NCBI GenBank assembly: GCA_051362555.1
Contig: CM120645.1
Span: 4,836,001-4,900,000, forward strand
Length of the DNA stretch: 64,000 nt
Source of the DNA: Lingula anatina
Lineage: Eukaryota > Animalia > Brachiopoda
Reading direction: 5' to 3'
The notes under the pieces were generated by a model. That model worked only from the letters and a program-made list of their open reading frames with translations. It was not told where the DNA came from and made no database searches. Numbering within the stretch: position 1 is the stretch's first letter; every line of letters begins with the position of its first letter. Of this stretch, positions 12,680 to 27,818 are shown one piece after another. Made by a program: the position numbers and the translations under genes.

Positions 12680-15600
12680 GTATGTTGAAAAATTGGAGAA
12701 GAAAAAAACTTTTTTGCCCCCCCCACCCCCACCCCACCCCGCTATCCCCAGAGCCTCAAATGTTAGGCATACCATCTTCTTCATTTCCAAATCTTCATAT
12801 CAGAAAGGTGTGTATCAGATAAATGGGCATGTATGTGGGAACAGCAAGAAGCTGGCAGGCATAAGATCTTGGTGATAAAGGTGAAATTGCTAAAATTCCC
12901 AGGAAAATGAATTATCTTGCCATATCAAGGTCTAGTACATTGTATTATATGTCTTTATTAAATAGGTTATGATTTGTAAAAGTGATGCAGTATGGAGATT
13001 TTACAGTTAAGTTACAAAAAATTACGATTATTATACTCAAACCAGAAGTGTGGGCCTTGTCTCAGATAAGTAGTGATGTGACTGCTGTGACTGGTGGGGA
13101 AATGCACTGATTGCTCTTGTTGAGATTTTGTGATTAAGATGTCTCACCTAACACAACAAGCATTTGCCCTTCTCATTTCCATTATAATTGGTGAAAATTC
13201 TCTATTTGATTTGCCGTAAAGAGTTAACATATATCTTTGGCTTTGAATATGATTTTAGAAAATCTAGTGGTTATGAAATATGTAGAATAATTTTTCCAAG
13301 GAAATCTGAGATATTTACGTGTACCTACCCAAAGTCAGTGAAGGTATGCAATTATAGATAATTGACTTAAGGAAATTTGGCATAATGTTAAAAAATATTT
13401 AATTTTATTTCTTCCAGCCCAAGCTGTATGCAGGGGATCTCCTGGACATAGTGGCCTCACATTTCAACCTCAAAGAAAAAGAATACTTTGGTCTTTGCTT
13501 CCTGGATGAAACGTAAGTTTTTTTTCTTTTTTCTTTTACTTAAAATCGAATTTTTAGATGATCTCAAGATCTTCAGGTGATATGCTTGGGCTTCTGTGGA
13601 TTTTATTGCCAAGAGACCACCATCAAAAAGTAAGCTGATGGTATGCAAGCTTGCATGTAGACACATGTTAGTGCACATAGAGTAGTTTTATGTAAGATGA
13701 ATCTGTATCAGATACTTTTTATCATTCAGTAAACCCCACTGATATAATTATGATCATTTGGTCAGAAAAGGGAAAACATTGCAGGTAAAGGAAGTAAATA
13801 AAAAGAGAGGACGACATATCATGGTAGTTTACTATCAGGCGATTGGTATTAGGTTCATATCTGTGGATAATTAACCTTCTTCTAGAACAGCAGCTTGCCT
13901 TTTACTTTTGCAAACATTCGATTTAAAAGAAGTAAATGGAAGGGCGACCTTTTGAATTAGACATCTGTTGATTTCAATTTAAATTACCAGGAAGAGCTGC
14001 TTCAAAGCTTAGATCTTCACAAGGTTTTTTATTCATCCCAGGATGTTTAAAACCAGGAAAACCTGGATGTTACATAATCCTCAGACAAAAATAAACTCCG
14101 TCCACATTTAGCAGGGACTGAACTCTTGGATTATTTTCCTGGAAACTCTTATCCCAGATGTGCAGAGATTAGAACAAGACTTAACACTAATTATTTTCAA
14201 GGACAGGTGTTGAATTACATTCAGCCTTCTATGGTCAGCTCTTGTAATATGGACTAATGAATACTAATTGGGTCATTCGACAGGCTTCATGTTCAAGTAA
14301 ACAGAAATGAATTACAACATGTGTACATGTGTTGTTTGGTCCATAAGAAGATTTGGTGCTATATTTGATGGGCTGCACTCAACGTCCTTGAAATCAAAAC
14401 TTAGTTTGCTGAAATACTTGGGGAGAAGCATGGCAAAGTTTGCATGTATTTTGGAAGAGAAAATTATATCTGTGAGTTCAAACAAGAAAAATGGCAAATG
14501 TAAAAAATGCTTATTAAATCTTGAATGAAACAGCAAAAGAAGTTACACTTGAGAGAACATGTAATCTAATTAGAGAAGTCTAATTAGAAAAATGATAAAG
14601 GCAAAAGGGGGGGGGGGGGGGTGACATAGTTTATGAAGTATGCTGATTTTAAAAAGCCTAAATTCAGAATTTTGAAAAACAGTTTCCATAAAGGTACTAG
14701 TAAATCTGTAGAATTTCTCTCTTGTTAAACATGATATTTATGTTTCTATTTAAACCATACAGTTTATCACACACATTGAACAATTATAGTAATGTTTAAA
14801 GCATTTAGCTATGTGTGATTCACTGGTCTTGTGATTGTCTCCCCTGTAGGCTGTATACCACTTGGATTGCAATAATTCATAGCTGGTGACATTTAATTAA
14901 AGCCGCCCGTGAGTTCTCTGTACTCAAAGGGTACCTGGTATATTCCTGTCGCCCCCTTTGTAGTCTAATATATATTGCCCATGAGGTAGATCTCAGGGCA
15001 GGTTCATTCACATCAGGACCAGATTAATTATCTTTAGGGCATAGTCTATTATGTAAGTATGTAGCTATAAGGTGGAGCTCATCATTTTTTTATTGATCTC
15101 GTACCTGATTTAACCTTGACCTTGTAATTGAATTAACCTTGACCTTGTACCTGATTTGACCTTTGTATTTTTCTCACTCATATCATCAGATGAAGTGATT
15201 TTCAACATAATATTAAAAGAAATTGGAGATGAAATGCTCTTTCTGACCAGCAGGTTTCTCTATAAGACATTCTCTTTGGTGATTTCAATTTCTGAATGCA
15301 CCTTTTTACTGTTTAATGGTTGACATTGTGGCAGTAAATCTAAACACAGATTTTTATGTTTTTAGAAAAAGAAAATCCATTTTGGAATAGCTAGCCTAAA
15401 GGCCTGGCTTGGGCTTGAAAGAAAATGGGCAAACAATATATGCACTAAATTAAAATTTGATTTAGCAGTCATGAAGTGAGCTGTATGTGTACATTTAGTA
15501 CACTGAGCTTAATGGGCATATTAAGAGAGGTCTGCCTTGAAAGTAATTGTTAGATAGACTCCTCTCTTTTATGCGAGAGACCCATTGTCATATACCAAAT

Positions 15601-16931
15601 TTTATTTCAAACTGTCATATGAAAGCATTCATCCATGGAATAGACACCTGAGGGGAAACACACATGATAAGATCATTGAAATCAAAAGGAGATCGGCACT
15701 AACAAAGGGAAAATTTAAACAAATCGTTAATAAAGAGACGGTCCAGGTCCTTGTTGCCATGGTTTCATTCAGAACAAAAAGGGCATCCATTGTTGAAGTA
15801 TGTAGTCAAAGGAGAGGGCAGCGTTATGGGTGAACGTAAAGTGGATTTTAATGTTGTCTGATAGAAAAGATATAGAGACATTATAAAGTGAGGTGGACAT
15901 TGAATTAGACAGGGACTCTTTGGCAGGGAGGAGAAACACCTTTGTGCTTGGACTGTGGTTAAAAACACGAAGAGAAAGCTAAGCAAAGGAATAGCTGTTG
16001 AAATAGTACAGAAACTGGTATTTTTGTATAATTGCTGGATTTCACTGAGTATATGAATTCACAAGGTAAATATACTGATTCGATTTACTTTGAATTGTAA
16101 GCCCTTTAGTCTTTTGTTTAGATAGTATGTCATGAATTCTGAATATTGAGGTAATTTTTCTCATTTCAGGCAGAATTCAATTTTTTTTTTTTTTTACTCT
16201 TCAGGGACTATTTTAAGAGTGTTACTCAAGGTACTGTTTGTCATTTGATTTTTAGTCAGATATTTTGCTTATCATACATGTTAGTAGTCTTATACATGTT
16301 ATTTGAAAAAAGATGATGTATCCTTGAATGGCTGTTCTAATGATATGGACAAATGTATGGCAATAACCACAAACCCAGTTCAGTTACTGACAAATAAGCC
16401 ACAATTTATTCCCAAACTCTGTGGTATAAATGTGGTGATAGTGTTATGTCATCATGGTTAACCTGTACTTGTATTCAGTAAAGTGCAGCATTGAATCATG
16501 TCCTGTGGGGTGAGCTGTCTCCTAGATCACCTGATTTCGTCAGTTTTTTTTTTCATCCTGGCTATACACGAGTGGAGGTTTTTAAAAACATTTGTGTACG
16601 TGCAGACATGCATTCATATTCGTGGTCACATGCACTACTTGTCACACAGTGTCAATGCTCATGTTTGACAGTATTCCCCTCTTGGAAGTCCTATATGAAA
16701 ATATGTGATCATGAGTCATATATGAGAAGTGTGGGGTTTTACTTTGTGTAGGTGCGTGTGTGTCTATCAGTTGATGTTTAAGTCCGCAGATTGGCATTTC
16801 CTAATTCTTAATACTGAAGCCATGGTTTATAATAATTTCTGTTACTGGCATCAGAATCTGGACATGGAAAAAACTGAGTGCTCCATGCCGAAGTGTCAGT
16901 TTTCTATATTGAACTTTTTTAACCCCCCCCC

Positions 16932-16972
<41 letters not shown>

Positions 16973-17747
16973 CTTTATTTTTATTTTGACAGAATCTTTT
17001 AATTTACAGCAGAGACACTAGAAAAGATGAGATACAATTTTTTTATGGACAGTGGTTTTGCTAAACTATATGCAAGTCACACTTAGATTAAAAGCAGGCA
17101 GTGAGAAACAGGAAATGTTGAAACACTACGTTTCCTCCACCCAATGTGTAAAATCCAATACTCTAAAGGTTAGAAAGATAAATAGTAGTGCAACAATTTC
17201 CTATAGCCCCCGTTTGACCTTGACTGTGTTTCAAGATCAAAGATTTTTATTGTGCCGCCATGTGGGAGGAGCAAGTAACTTCAAACCAGAACAGGAAAAA
17301 TACATTATAGTCTCCTCTGACTTGTCCATCAACATCAGTGGTGTCTCTGTAATTGTCTACATGTTTTTTAAAGCATGGGAGTTCTATTGGGCGATGTACA
17401 GTGGAGTGAGTGCAATTAACAGAGTTGAGAGAGCATGTTATGTTTGGAAATTAGTGGAGAGAAGAGAGTGCTGTGTATGGAAATTAATGGACATTGAAAA
17501 TTAATTAAATGGCCTGGAGTGTTGGGTAGCACAATGGCAGTAGTGGGAAATGTGAATGTCCAGCTTAGATAGAGATTTATTGTTGATTTATTGAGATGTA
17601 TTAAACATAAATGACACTATTTTGACTGAGGCTAGAAAAGACACTTGATACCATCTGTTACTAGTAACTTGTCATTCTATACATGTGCCATATAGATATT
17701 TAGCATATGAAAGCACACATATGCACATTTATGGGTATAACATGCTT

Positions 17748-17789
<42 letters not shown>

Positions 17790-20470
17790 TTGCTCATGTG
17801 TACTCACAGACACATGCACTTGGAACAGGATTACGTTGTATATGCGTGCATGGGCACACGCACACACACAGCGAAATGCACCATCTTTGCTCTGACCCTT
17901 GATCCTCTCAACAGAACTGAAAGTTGTCATTTTCAACCACAGCGCGTGTATTTATTACAACTATACAAAGAAAGAGCACTAGATAAGACACCACTCTGTG
18001 TTTGTGGTTTCTGTGGAGAATGAGGACCCCCCTGGCCAGTAAACCATACCTGTATTGTCCTGATAGAGGTGTCTTAGTGCTTTAAAATGTCCATTTATAG
18101 AAAGTATCAATATAGTGTGAGTTGGAGCACTTACTTGTGTGGGGCAACATTTGAGTACTTGTCACATCATTTTATTGAAGGAAAAAAATAGCATCTTTAT
18201 TTTCGTGTAAGCAATAATATAATGAGATGCCATTCTGAGGTAAATAATTGTTTATTCATTTACTTTTTGTTTTGTTTTTGTATTGAAATAAAGGAACTGG
18301 GAAGGAGAGATTGCTCTTTTTTTGCAATGAACTCACTGTAACAGGACATTCAAAAATACATCATAAGAGATTAATGATACGTAGTCATTGCATCAAAAAT
18401 TAACTTGAGTGTGTATAATGATACTCGTCATTACAATGGCACTTTTGTCAAGTTAAAGCACTTTGATAAAAGTTGACAGCAGCATGGATTAGTCACCAAG
18501 TTGCAGAGGCCAGTCACAGTTACTCATAAGCTTACCTCATTGGAACTTGTCGGAAATGCCTGATAAAGTGAAAGTGAAACTGATCTTGATTACCACTTAC
18601 TATTGTGCATTAGGGTCCAATGATTTATTAGGTAATTGATGCTGTCTTTTAATTAAAGCTGCTTTAGGAAAATTATTAGCATGAAGGTCTTTGGGGATTG
18701 ATAAAATTATGGAGGTTTTTGCCTGTTAATTACGGCTGCCCTAGGTGTGTTATTAGTGTACAGGTCTTAAGGGAACGATTAAATGATGTCTGGGAGTTGA
18801 AACGGACTTGATTGCAAAGTGAACCAAAGCATAAAAGACGTAATAAGAATAATCACCGAAAGATTACAGAGTTATATGAAAATTGATATTGATTTAATTA
18901 AGATAGATTTGATACTGAAAGGCTTTTCTTTGTCTGGTGTGACATCAATATTCACAGTGTTTTGAAACAGTAGATTGCTTCCATAAAGGTTTGTGTTTCT
19001 GATAGCAAAAAGCTTGTGTTGTGTTCATTAGTATGGCATTGCCTGTGGTAAGTTACCACAACTCTATCAGATTTTCTAAAAGAAAAATGACATAGCAGTA
19101 AACTCAATGCTCATTTATTGAGTTGTTTTTATTCAATGTACAATTTATAAATTTGGGTAAAATCTTCAATAATCAAGTATCTTTGAATGAAAGGGATGAA
19201 ATGTTTTACATTGCATATATTTGGTGTCTATGAATGGACTTAATAGAATAATACTTTTATGTGTTTTTCTCCCATCTTTTTAGAAACCACTTCACCTGGT
19301 TACAGTTGGACAGGAAGGTGTTGGAACATGATTTCCCAAAGAAACAGTCCACGGGGACGCTGATCCTCTACTTCTCTGTCAGGTAAGTTAAAACACAACT
19401 GATCCTCTACTTCTCTGTCAGGTAAGCTAAAACACAACTGATCCTCTACTTCTCTGTCAGGTAAGCTAAAACACAACTGATCCTCTTCTTCTCTGTCAGG
19501 TAAGTTAAAACACAACTGATCCTCTACTTCTCTGTCAGGTAAGATGTACATAGTACGTGTTAAATAACACAGATAGCATATTCAATAACCACCATCCATT
19601 TATCAAGAGTGTTTGGACTTAATGATTTGTATTAAAAAAGACAATCTCTCCAACTGCTATTTCTTTTTTCCTTTTCTGAAAGGACTATTCAACTAGTTTA
19701 TCTTCCTGTCATGTAGATAATCTTATCACCTTTTTTCATCACACAACAAATTCCATTGCCCTGTGCACAATGTTTTGTGGTCGGGTTGAAGTATTTCACA
19801 CCTGGATTGCAAGGCCCTATCTACTCACATGATTAGAAACATGAAAACTTTCTACTTCAGCCTCAGGGCTTGAATTTCATGAAATAACTTCAAACCAAAA
19901 GTTTCTGTCTGTTATAATTCTGCAGTCCACCGAAAAAAATGTTTTGAATGGTCCAAAATGTATGTTGATTCTTTCCTTTCATAGAGTAGACACAATATTT
20001 AGTTCCTGAATGGAAATATTTCCATTTTCTGAAAATGTCACACTTAATGTCAAGCTAACAGTAGTGTGTATCACTTTTTAAGTTATTGGGAGTGCATTAC
20101 ATTTTTTGTTGATTTCCTTGGATGTGGGGGTGGAGTTTAAACACCACGGTTTCAGTAGATAGCAAACAAAAAGGAAAAAAGTAAAAGGTGATTGAATTTT
20201 AGTAAAATTGTGAATGTTATTAAGACTTCAGACAAAACTCTAACAAGGGTGTACAAGGTGCTCCAAGTCTTGAATTTTTTGTGATGGTAGTTATTACCTG
20301 TTTTACTAATAAGAGGTTGGTTGTTACTTGCTAATTGGAGGGGTATTACCTTAAAGAGAAAGTTCCCCCCCTCTTCCTATCTCTGAGTTTTGATCTCCAT
20401 AAGAATGCTATGGGCTAATCATCACTCTACAGGTACAAATTTAAATATGCAGGAAGAGGGGGATTAGTTG

Positions 20471-20501
<31 letters not shown>

Positions 20502-23500
20502 AGAGAGAAAGAGAGGGGAGTTTTGCTTTGAAAATGCCAGATACTTTCAGTGTTTTTAGCCTTTAAAGACTGGCTTTCAGTTGAATGAAATTGAATGAGA
20601 TTTAATTTTAAAAAAAATCATAGAAACCACCATTTAGTGACTAGAGGCAGTAATCTGCCACAGCTTGCAAATCATTGGCTCCCTCCCTCCCCCCCAAGTT
20701 TTAGCCTGTTAACTCATCAGTTTGGCTAATGCAATACAAAAACAAATAATGTCTGTAATTTCTAATTTAGATGTTACAGGAATAAAAAAAATTAGTTATA
20801 AAATCAACCTTTGCTTTTAACAAAAGTTGTATTCTTAAATAAATTTCCCTTATACCTCTCCCTCAAAAAATTGGCCCACAAGGAAGGACTTCCCATACTC
20901 AGCATGCAAATGGGAAAAACTATGTAAAGGTACACAGGAAGTCAGTAGCTGGAGATTAAACGGCTCACAGTCAGAGCAAAGAGACTAGTGACTTATTAGA
21001 ATCATATTGCTACTGGTCAGTGTATGGTTTGAAAAGTCCAGTTTTCTAATTTGATTCATTGTCTGTGGGTGCAGTGGTCAGTTGGAGCCACAAACAGGAT
21101 CTTTAAGCTTTAAAAGAGGTGAGTCATGGTTGATAGCACTTGTTCAGGTGAGAAGTTAATGCACCTTTTAAAGTTGAAGTGAAAATGGCTTTAATGGTAA
21201 GCTTTGGCTGAAGACCTATGTATGGGGCAGGACACTTCACAGTGTATAGCAGGGCCTTCGGATGAGTTTTTCTCAACAGAAATATGTACTAGTTGGGGCT
21301 TTGAGAGAGAGAGAGATGTATTAAAGCAAGACTTAAAACAGAAAGAGGGTGAAAGAGAGAGAGAGAGAGATATGTATTAAAGCGAGAATTAAGACTAAAA
21401 ATTAGCTATGTTGAAAGAAGCATCATTTGCTTTCATGAAGTGCATCATTATGACTTGGTCCAATCCAGTCATCTCCCAAAAGCCCGTTTTGTATTATTCT
21501 AGTGTGAAAACTTGGGTGGTAATATCTTCATCAAAAATGGCTTCCGTCAGTTCAAGGAAGCTTACCCAAAGTTGATCAATATGATGGTAGACATCTCCGT
21601 TAGTGTGTCTTCTACTTGCATATCAAACCATCTTATCCAGGTGGCCATCTTCTTAGATAGCATACCTGTCACCCAGGTAAATTACACATTCACCTGTATG
21701 AGGACACTTAAAAGTGGTTATAGCTTTACTTGTGTAATAGAAATAGAATCTTGTTAGGCTTGTGAATGATTGGCAGTTCAAAGGAGAAAGGATAGGAAGT
21801 TTCTGTCTGTAATGGTATGATGTGGTATTTCCTCATAAAAGTAAAAAACTTTACATTTCTGAGTTTTTTCTTTCTCTTCAATCAAAATTGATCATGTTTT
21901 GTAGATATGGAAAAAGGCTTTTTCACCTGAAACAGACTTGCCTTTTGGATCTTTAAAATCATTTTGTTGAGGTAATGCGTGACTGAGCATCATTTTGGAA
22001 CTATATTTAATCAGTTTTATGCAAATTTATTGAATAATTACAGTATCAGATCTGAGACGGACACAAATCAGAGTGCTGAGTGAAAATTATGACAGGAGAC
22101 CCAAAAATTTATCAGATCGCCTTCTTGGGTGGCATATCATATTGCATCATATTATATCATGCCCTGTCATCCAGGGATGAAAGAAGTAGTTTTCAGAACC
22201 CATAGATCCTGCAGATATATTTTCAAGTTTTTAACAATAACAGGATGCCTGAGAATGAAGGGTCGGACCATGTCTAGAATACACAAGAAAGGAGAGGGAG
22301 AGAGAACAGTCTGCCCTGCCGGATATTTCTTTCATGCTGAGAAATGTTACAGCAGGGGCGTTGAAAAAATAGGTGATATATCTGGCAACATTAAAATGTG
22401 TAAAAGGTCCACACCTTTTAGAGCCATATTGAGGACACTGGGATAAGCATAGATAATGGTGCAGTTTGATGTGATGAATTACCAAACACCACAGTGGATT
22501 AGAAATTGTAATAGAAAATGTATCTCATGGCACCTTGTGATTAGAGTGACGAGAATGAAAATTTAGCCAGAGGATGGAATCCACCTTGTCTCCCTCGACC
22601 ACAAGATGACACTGAACAAAATTGTGTTAAAGAAGAGGAGACATGATTTTGGATATGTTGTTTGAGTAATAGCAGCACATTATTAAGTTGCTCTGAGGCC
22701 GTTGTAGGAAGATTACATTTAACTGTGTGAACATGGGATTTGGATTGCCATAGGAGTTATATGGCTGAATTATTCCACAGATTAACCTGTCGCAATCTTT
22801 GCGTAATCTTCGGCTGGGAGTCTACATTTCACACGAACTAACTTTGACAAAGGGATTGAGCTTCCACAAGGTGAAACTCTTTGGACTTCAAAAGAAATAC
22901 AAAATGTACCGATGATGCTGCTTCATTTGTGACCCATCGTCCATGGGAGATTTAAAACAGCCAACATAGTGGATTAGGAGATTATTAGGAGATTTAACTG
23001 TAAGGGCCACATTCCTTTCAAGGTGAGCCTGGGTCGCTAAATACCTGTGTGTAAACAGTCCTATGCTGCTGTGCACCCTGCAAGTTGCCAGTGTAAAAAG
23101 AGAATTTCAAAATGATTCACAAACTGGGAGGAGCCACATACTGGGTGGAATAAAGGACATACAGAGACTTCTGTTTGAATAGAAATTCAGAAGCTCCGAC
23201 TTCAAAGATGCTGCGCACTGCTTGACGACAGAGTCATTTCAAATGCATGAGCATTATTTGATGTGAAAAAGGATGAGGCTTTATTGCAAGACGTCTTTGA
23301 TGTTTTCTTGGATTTCATACCTGGAATTTACCTGGGAGCTGAAAGAACATTACCTGGATTAGAGAAAGTACATTGGAACACATGGTTTATATTTTTATCC
23401 TCATTGCAAGCTGTTTGAGTTTTATTCCTTTGATATTGTGAAGAGGCATTCATTGAATTAAGGAAGACAAGTTCCAACATGCAGCACAAGATTTGAAATT

Positions 23501-26500
23501 ACTTCTGCTTCTGCAAGGAGATAAACATTTCTACTGACATTTTTTTTCCTTTTTTAATGGAGATGGATAATATTACCTCACAAATGAAAATGAATGGCAG
23601 CACAGTAATAATTTGTTCATAATGCAAATGTGGTAAAACTTTATAAGCTCAGTATGGAACTGAAATATTTATATAAATAAATAGCATTGAAATAGCATAA
23701 TTAAAATAAAATTTTAAAAAACTGATACCCGAATCAGTAATTTGAACCTCAGGGTAACCCTTGCCCAAATTTGGTCAAGTGTTGAGGTCATCCCCATTGT
23801 CATCATTGTCATTAACATTTTATCAGCCTACGCAGAAGATGATTCAAGATGTTGATTACAAGATGGCAGGACCTATAATTAGAATCAGGATGCTATGTAG
23901 GTCACTTATGCAGGCACACACAGTTATGCAGCTCATTCATAACGCTGGAGTTAAGCCAGTGCACAATGAAGCGAGAGAGGCAGTTTTGAAAGTCTTCTAG
24001 GAACTATAGTTTCTCTATTATAAGTCTGCTGCAAGGAGATCCCACCATGAAACAGGTTGGTAGTCATCTGGAACAGGAATACCTTGACGTCAAAGAAGAT
24101 GGAATTTGAATCTTGAGATAACCAGATCTTCATGTCAGTTTTTTTTTTTTTTTTTTCTTTTCAATTTAGAAAATTGATGAAAAAGTGCATTCACTTATGT
24201 AAGGACTAGGATAGAAGATTAAATTTGGGTCCTAGGTAAGGATAGACCCTAAATGTGTAACTTAATTAATGTAAAAATCAATTTATGGCTTTACATATTT
24301 AGATAAGGTAATGAATGAGTGTGTTACACATACTGTGTACATATTTTGTTCTGCATTTTTGCAACACTAGATGAGAACAGTAGGTCTGCTAGAATCTTTT
24401 GTATGTGTTCAAATGGATTTTGCCAAGTGCCTTTTAGGGTGGGACTCCTAAGTAGTAAGTTTACATCGTTCAGTTTTTAACAGTATAATACTATAACACC
24501 TGCAATAACCACATCCAACTTACTGACAGCCATATTGTCATAATTCACGATAATCTTTCATTAATTTCCACCCAGCTTAATCCTGTTTGTCAAGTGCAAG
24601 TGCTCAGATTGTGGACAACACACTTAAAAACATCCAATTATATTCCATTATCTAAGTGACCTCAATTGCGATAAAACGGTCATTTTAATGATATTGACCG
24701 ATATAACTGATATGGGAGCATTCCTGTGGTCAAGTGCTCACTCCAGCCACATACCAATGTAATGTCCAGTCAATTCCCATTGGTCAGCATGGTCAGTCTG
24801 GTCAGTAGTTTCCTTGTGGGTGCCCATGTCCATTTTGTCCCTAATGTCACAGTTAGGCCCCCAGATCTTTTATCAGTCTGCGAGGGATGTATGAGAAACA
24901 TTTCTTCAAGTCGGCAAGTAGCAGAATATTGACGAGTTGGTTTTACTGTATGTTTTTGGATATTTATAATGGTAAAGTTTGATGTCTTTTGCAAAAATAA
25001 TAGAAAAATTTGAATGAGGCTGTGCATCCTAGGACTGTTCAGAAGAGGTAGGAAGTAATGTCAAGCTTGATAAAGGTGTACATGAATTCTGTTGTGTGGT
25101 GATCTCCTGTACCTCGAGTTTCAGAGATTGCTGGAAAAACTTTTTATTACTGAATTCCACAGAGGCATACTGATGGCAGAGGTTTGTTGTGAAATTCAGG
25201 ATGATCTAATTCAGAAAATTAATTATTTCTGTATCAGTGAGGGAGATAAAATTGTTCTTGAGGGGGGGAAAGTTAAATTGAGAAATTATCAGATTTCACA
25301 AGTGAGACAGGTGATCACACCATGGCACCCTGTGGTGATACAAGCTGCTGTAGCCCCCACCCTGAGTTTCAGTCATAACAAGGCACTAATGGTTTTATAC
25401 CAGCAGGCCTCTGCTATTTGCAGTCAGTGGTATATGATACCCAGGGTGTTAGGGCACCTGCTTTATGGTAGTACTTGACTGATTAGAAAACGAATGCCTT
25501 GGCCTGAGGAGAATGAGAGAGAGAGAGAGAGTAAATAGAATTCAATTAGATGTATAAAACCATTTCAAACTGTGCACGGATCTTGAGAGATGTCTTATTC
25601 TGAAAAGAAGAAGGATCAGAAAAAGAAGAAGAGATTTAGTGAAAATTTATTGAAAAGGGGAAGAACTAACTTTTAAATAAAATTCCTCTCATTATAAGTG
25701 CCTTTCACGGTCTTGTTTCTTCCTATGGCTTGTGCCCTGTGACAGATGACATGGAAAAGCTCTGGTGACTCCAGAGAACCATCAGTGTCTTGTGTCATAA
25801 ACTTCATCTTCAGCAGTGACAGGTGGCACAGACTAGATATGATGTCTCCAGAGAAATACAGGTGTTTTTGTTTCTTCCACATGGTGGACTTGTGATACCC
25901 CAAGTAATATTTTATTATTGTTTCTGAAATGACATCTCATGGCCCAGGGGAAATATTTGAACTTACTGGAGAAGTCACTTAAAAAAGACTGTCAGGAAAA
26001 TGAAAGTATCCTTAGGTATGTTAATGTGCTTTAATTTAAGGCTGTGTGGTAGGTTTAAGGCTTTGTGAGTGTGTACAGATACGTACACACAAGCATGCAT
26101 GTGTATGAATGCATGTGATCATACAGATGCATTTCAGTGCATGCATGCACGCACGTTTGCGCACATGCCCGCACACACACACACACACACACACACACCA
26201 GTATATCCTGTATGATTCATTAAAAAAGAAAACTCTTCAGGCCATGCATTCCTCTCTGGCTGATCCCGTTGTCACCAATTTAATTTTCTTTGTTGTAAAT
26301 TTTTGTAATCACCTGTCTTTTACTACAGGCAAGTTAAGCCTCTTCATTATAACTCTTTTTAAGACAGGTATGAGCACTTTGTTACTATTCAAAAGAACAG
26401 ATGTTAGGAATACAGGTGAGAAGTTTTTTTGTCAGATATTTTTAGTATTACTCATTTGATTTAGCTAATTTATATGAAAATGGCACGTTTCTTGCAAGTT

Positions 26501-27118
26501 AATGGGTTAGTTTTTTGTTTCCACGGCAATCTAATCTCCTCAGTGACTTATAGTCTAAAAAGTTGACAAGAAAATTGGAACGAGATGGATGATTATGATA
26601 ATAGTGTTAGCTTTCTAACAAAGCTAGGCAGGAAAAAAGTTTTAGGAACTCCCACTGTTTAAACTGAAAAGACATGTTCCCACTTGAACTTTGATGAACC
26701 TCTTCTTGAATGTTTGCAGAAGAAAAGTATGTCAATATTTCACTGTGTGCGAATTAACAAGTCCTCAAGGTGGAGATTTCAGGAATTCTTGGCCACTTGT
26801 TCTCGAGTTTAATCGTTGAAGGATTATTCTGAAGGTCATTTTTTTATTTGTCCTCTCTCAATTCTTTAATGTCTCGGTTGACTTTGAAGTCAGCACCTCA
26901 AGTTTTAGGCTTGAAGACACAAGTGAATGTTAATAGGTACATCAGATATGGGACCCAAGATTTTATGACTTTAAACTCTGGGTTATTATGTGTAATGGCA
27001 GGTGAAAATTAGTGCACCTTTGATGAGCACTACCTTGTTTGCATGTACTATATATTCATACATGATTTATTTTTGGAGCTGTTATTTTCAGTATCCCCAA
27101 GTATCTTAGTTGCTTCCT

Positions 27119-27197
<79 letters not shown>

Positions 27198-27818
27198 AAA
27201 TCTATTATTTATACCTTGTCCGTTCATATATAAACAGTCCCTACTGGCATCCTGCAATCTGAGTCGAACGCTCCAAAACCTAGGCTACTGATCCTATAAA
27301 ACCACTAGGGTCTAAGGTTGTGCTGGCCCAAATCAGATAAAAGTGGCAAATTACTGAACAAAATTTTAAAATTTTGCAACCCGGGATTCATTTTTTTTTT
27401 TTGGAAGGGACTAGTGATTGCATTATACAGTGATCAAGAGATTTTGACTAGTAGAAACTTTAGTGAAGGCGGAACCCTGTTTCTAGCGCTGTAGTTTTAT
27501 TTTGTCGCCTTTTGTTTTATTGAATGGTGGGCTGGACGTTGAAGAAGCTATCAGGTTTTTGATTTACTACATTTGCTCATTTCAGGTTATAAATTGTGTG
27601 TTCTGTGAAATACAAAGTGACATTGTTTTTGTTTTTTTTTTATCTGAGCTTGACATTAACCTGATTCCTAAATCTTGCTCTCCTTCATTTCAGGTTCTAT
27701 ATAGAAAGTATAGCCTACCTTAGAGACAAAGTGACAGTGGAATTATTTTATCTGCAGGCAAAGCAAGCTATTTTTAAGGTGAGTTATGAGATGGGGTAGG
27801 TTTTAGTGTTTTGCTGCT

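Noticed and set aside
19300-19551. Minus-strand ORF with LPDREVEDQLCF repeats; also a superficial CRISPR-like look
   Set aside because: It is the antisense reading of the 39-bp tandem repeat. The units are contiguous with no unique spacers, there are no cas genes, and the DNA is eukaryotic.
24181-24240. Donor-like cctag|gtaagg in intron 3 as another first exon
   Set aside because: No ATG in the required phase before an in-frame stop. It could only be a non-coding exon and has no other support.
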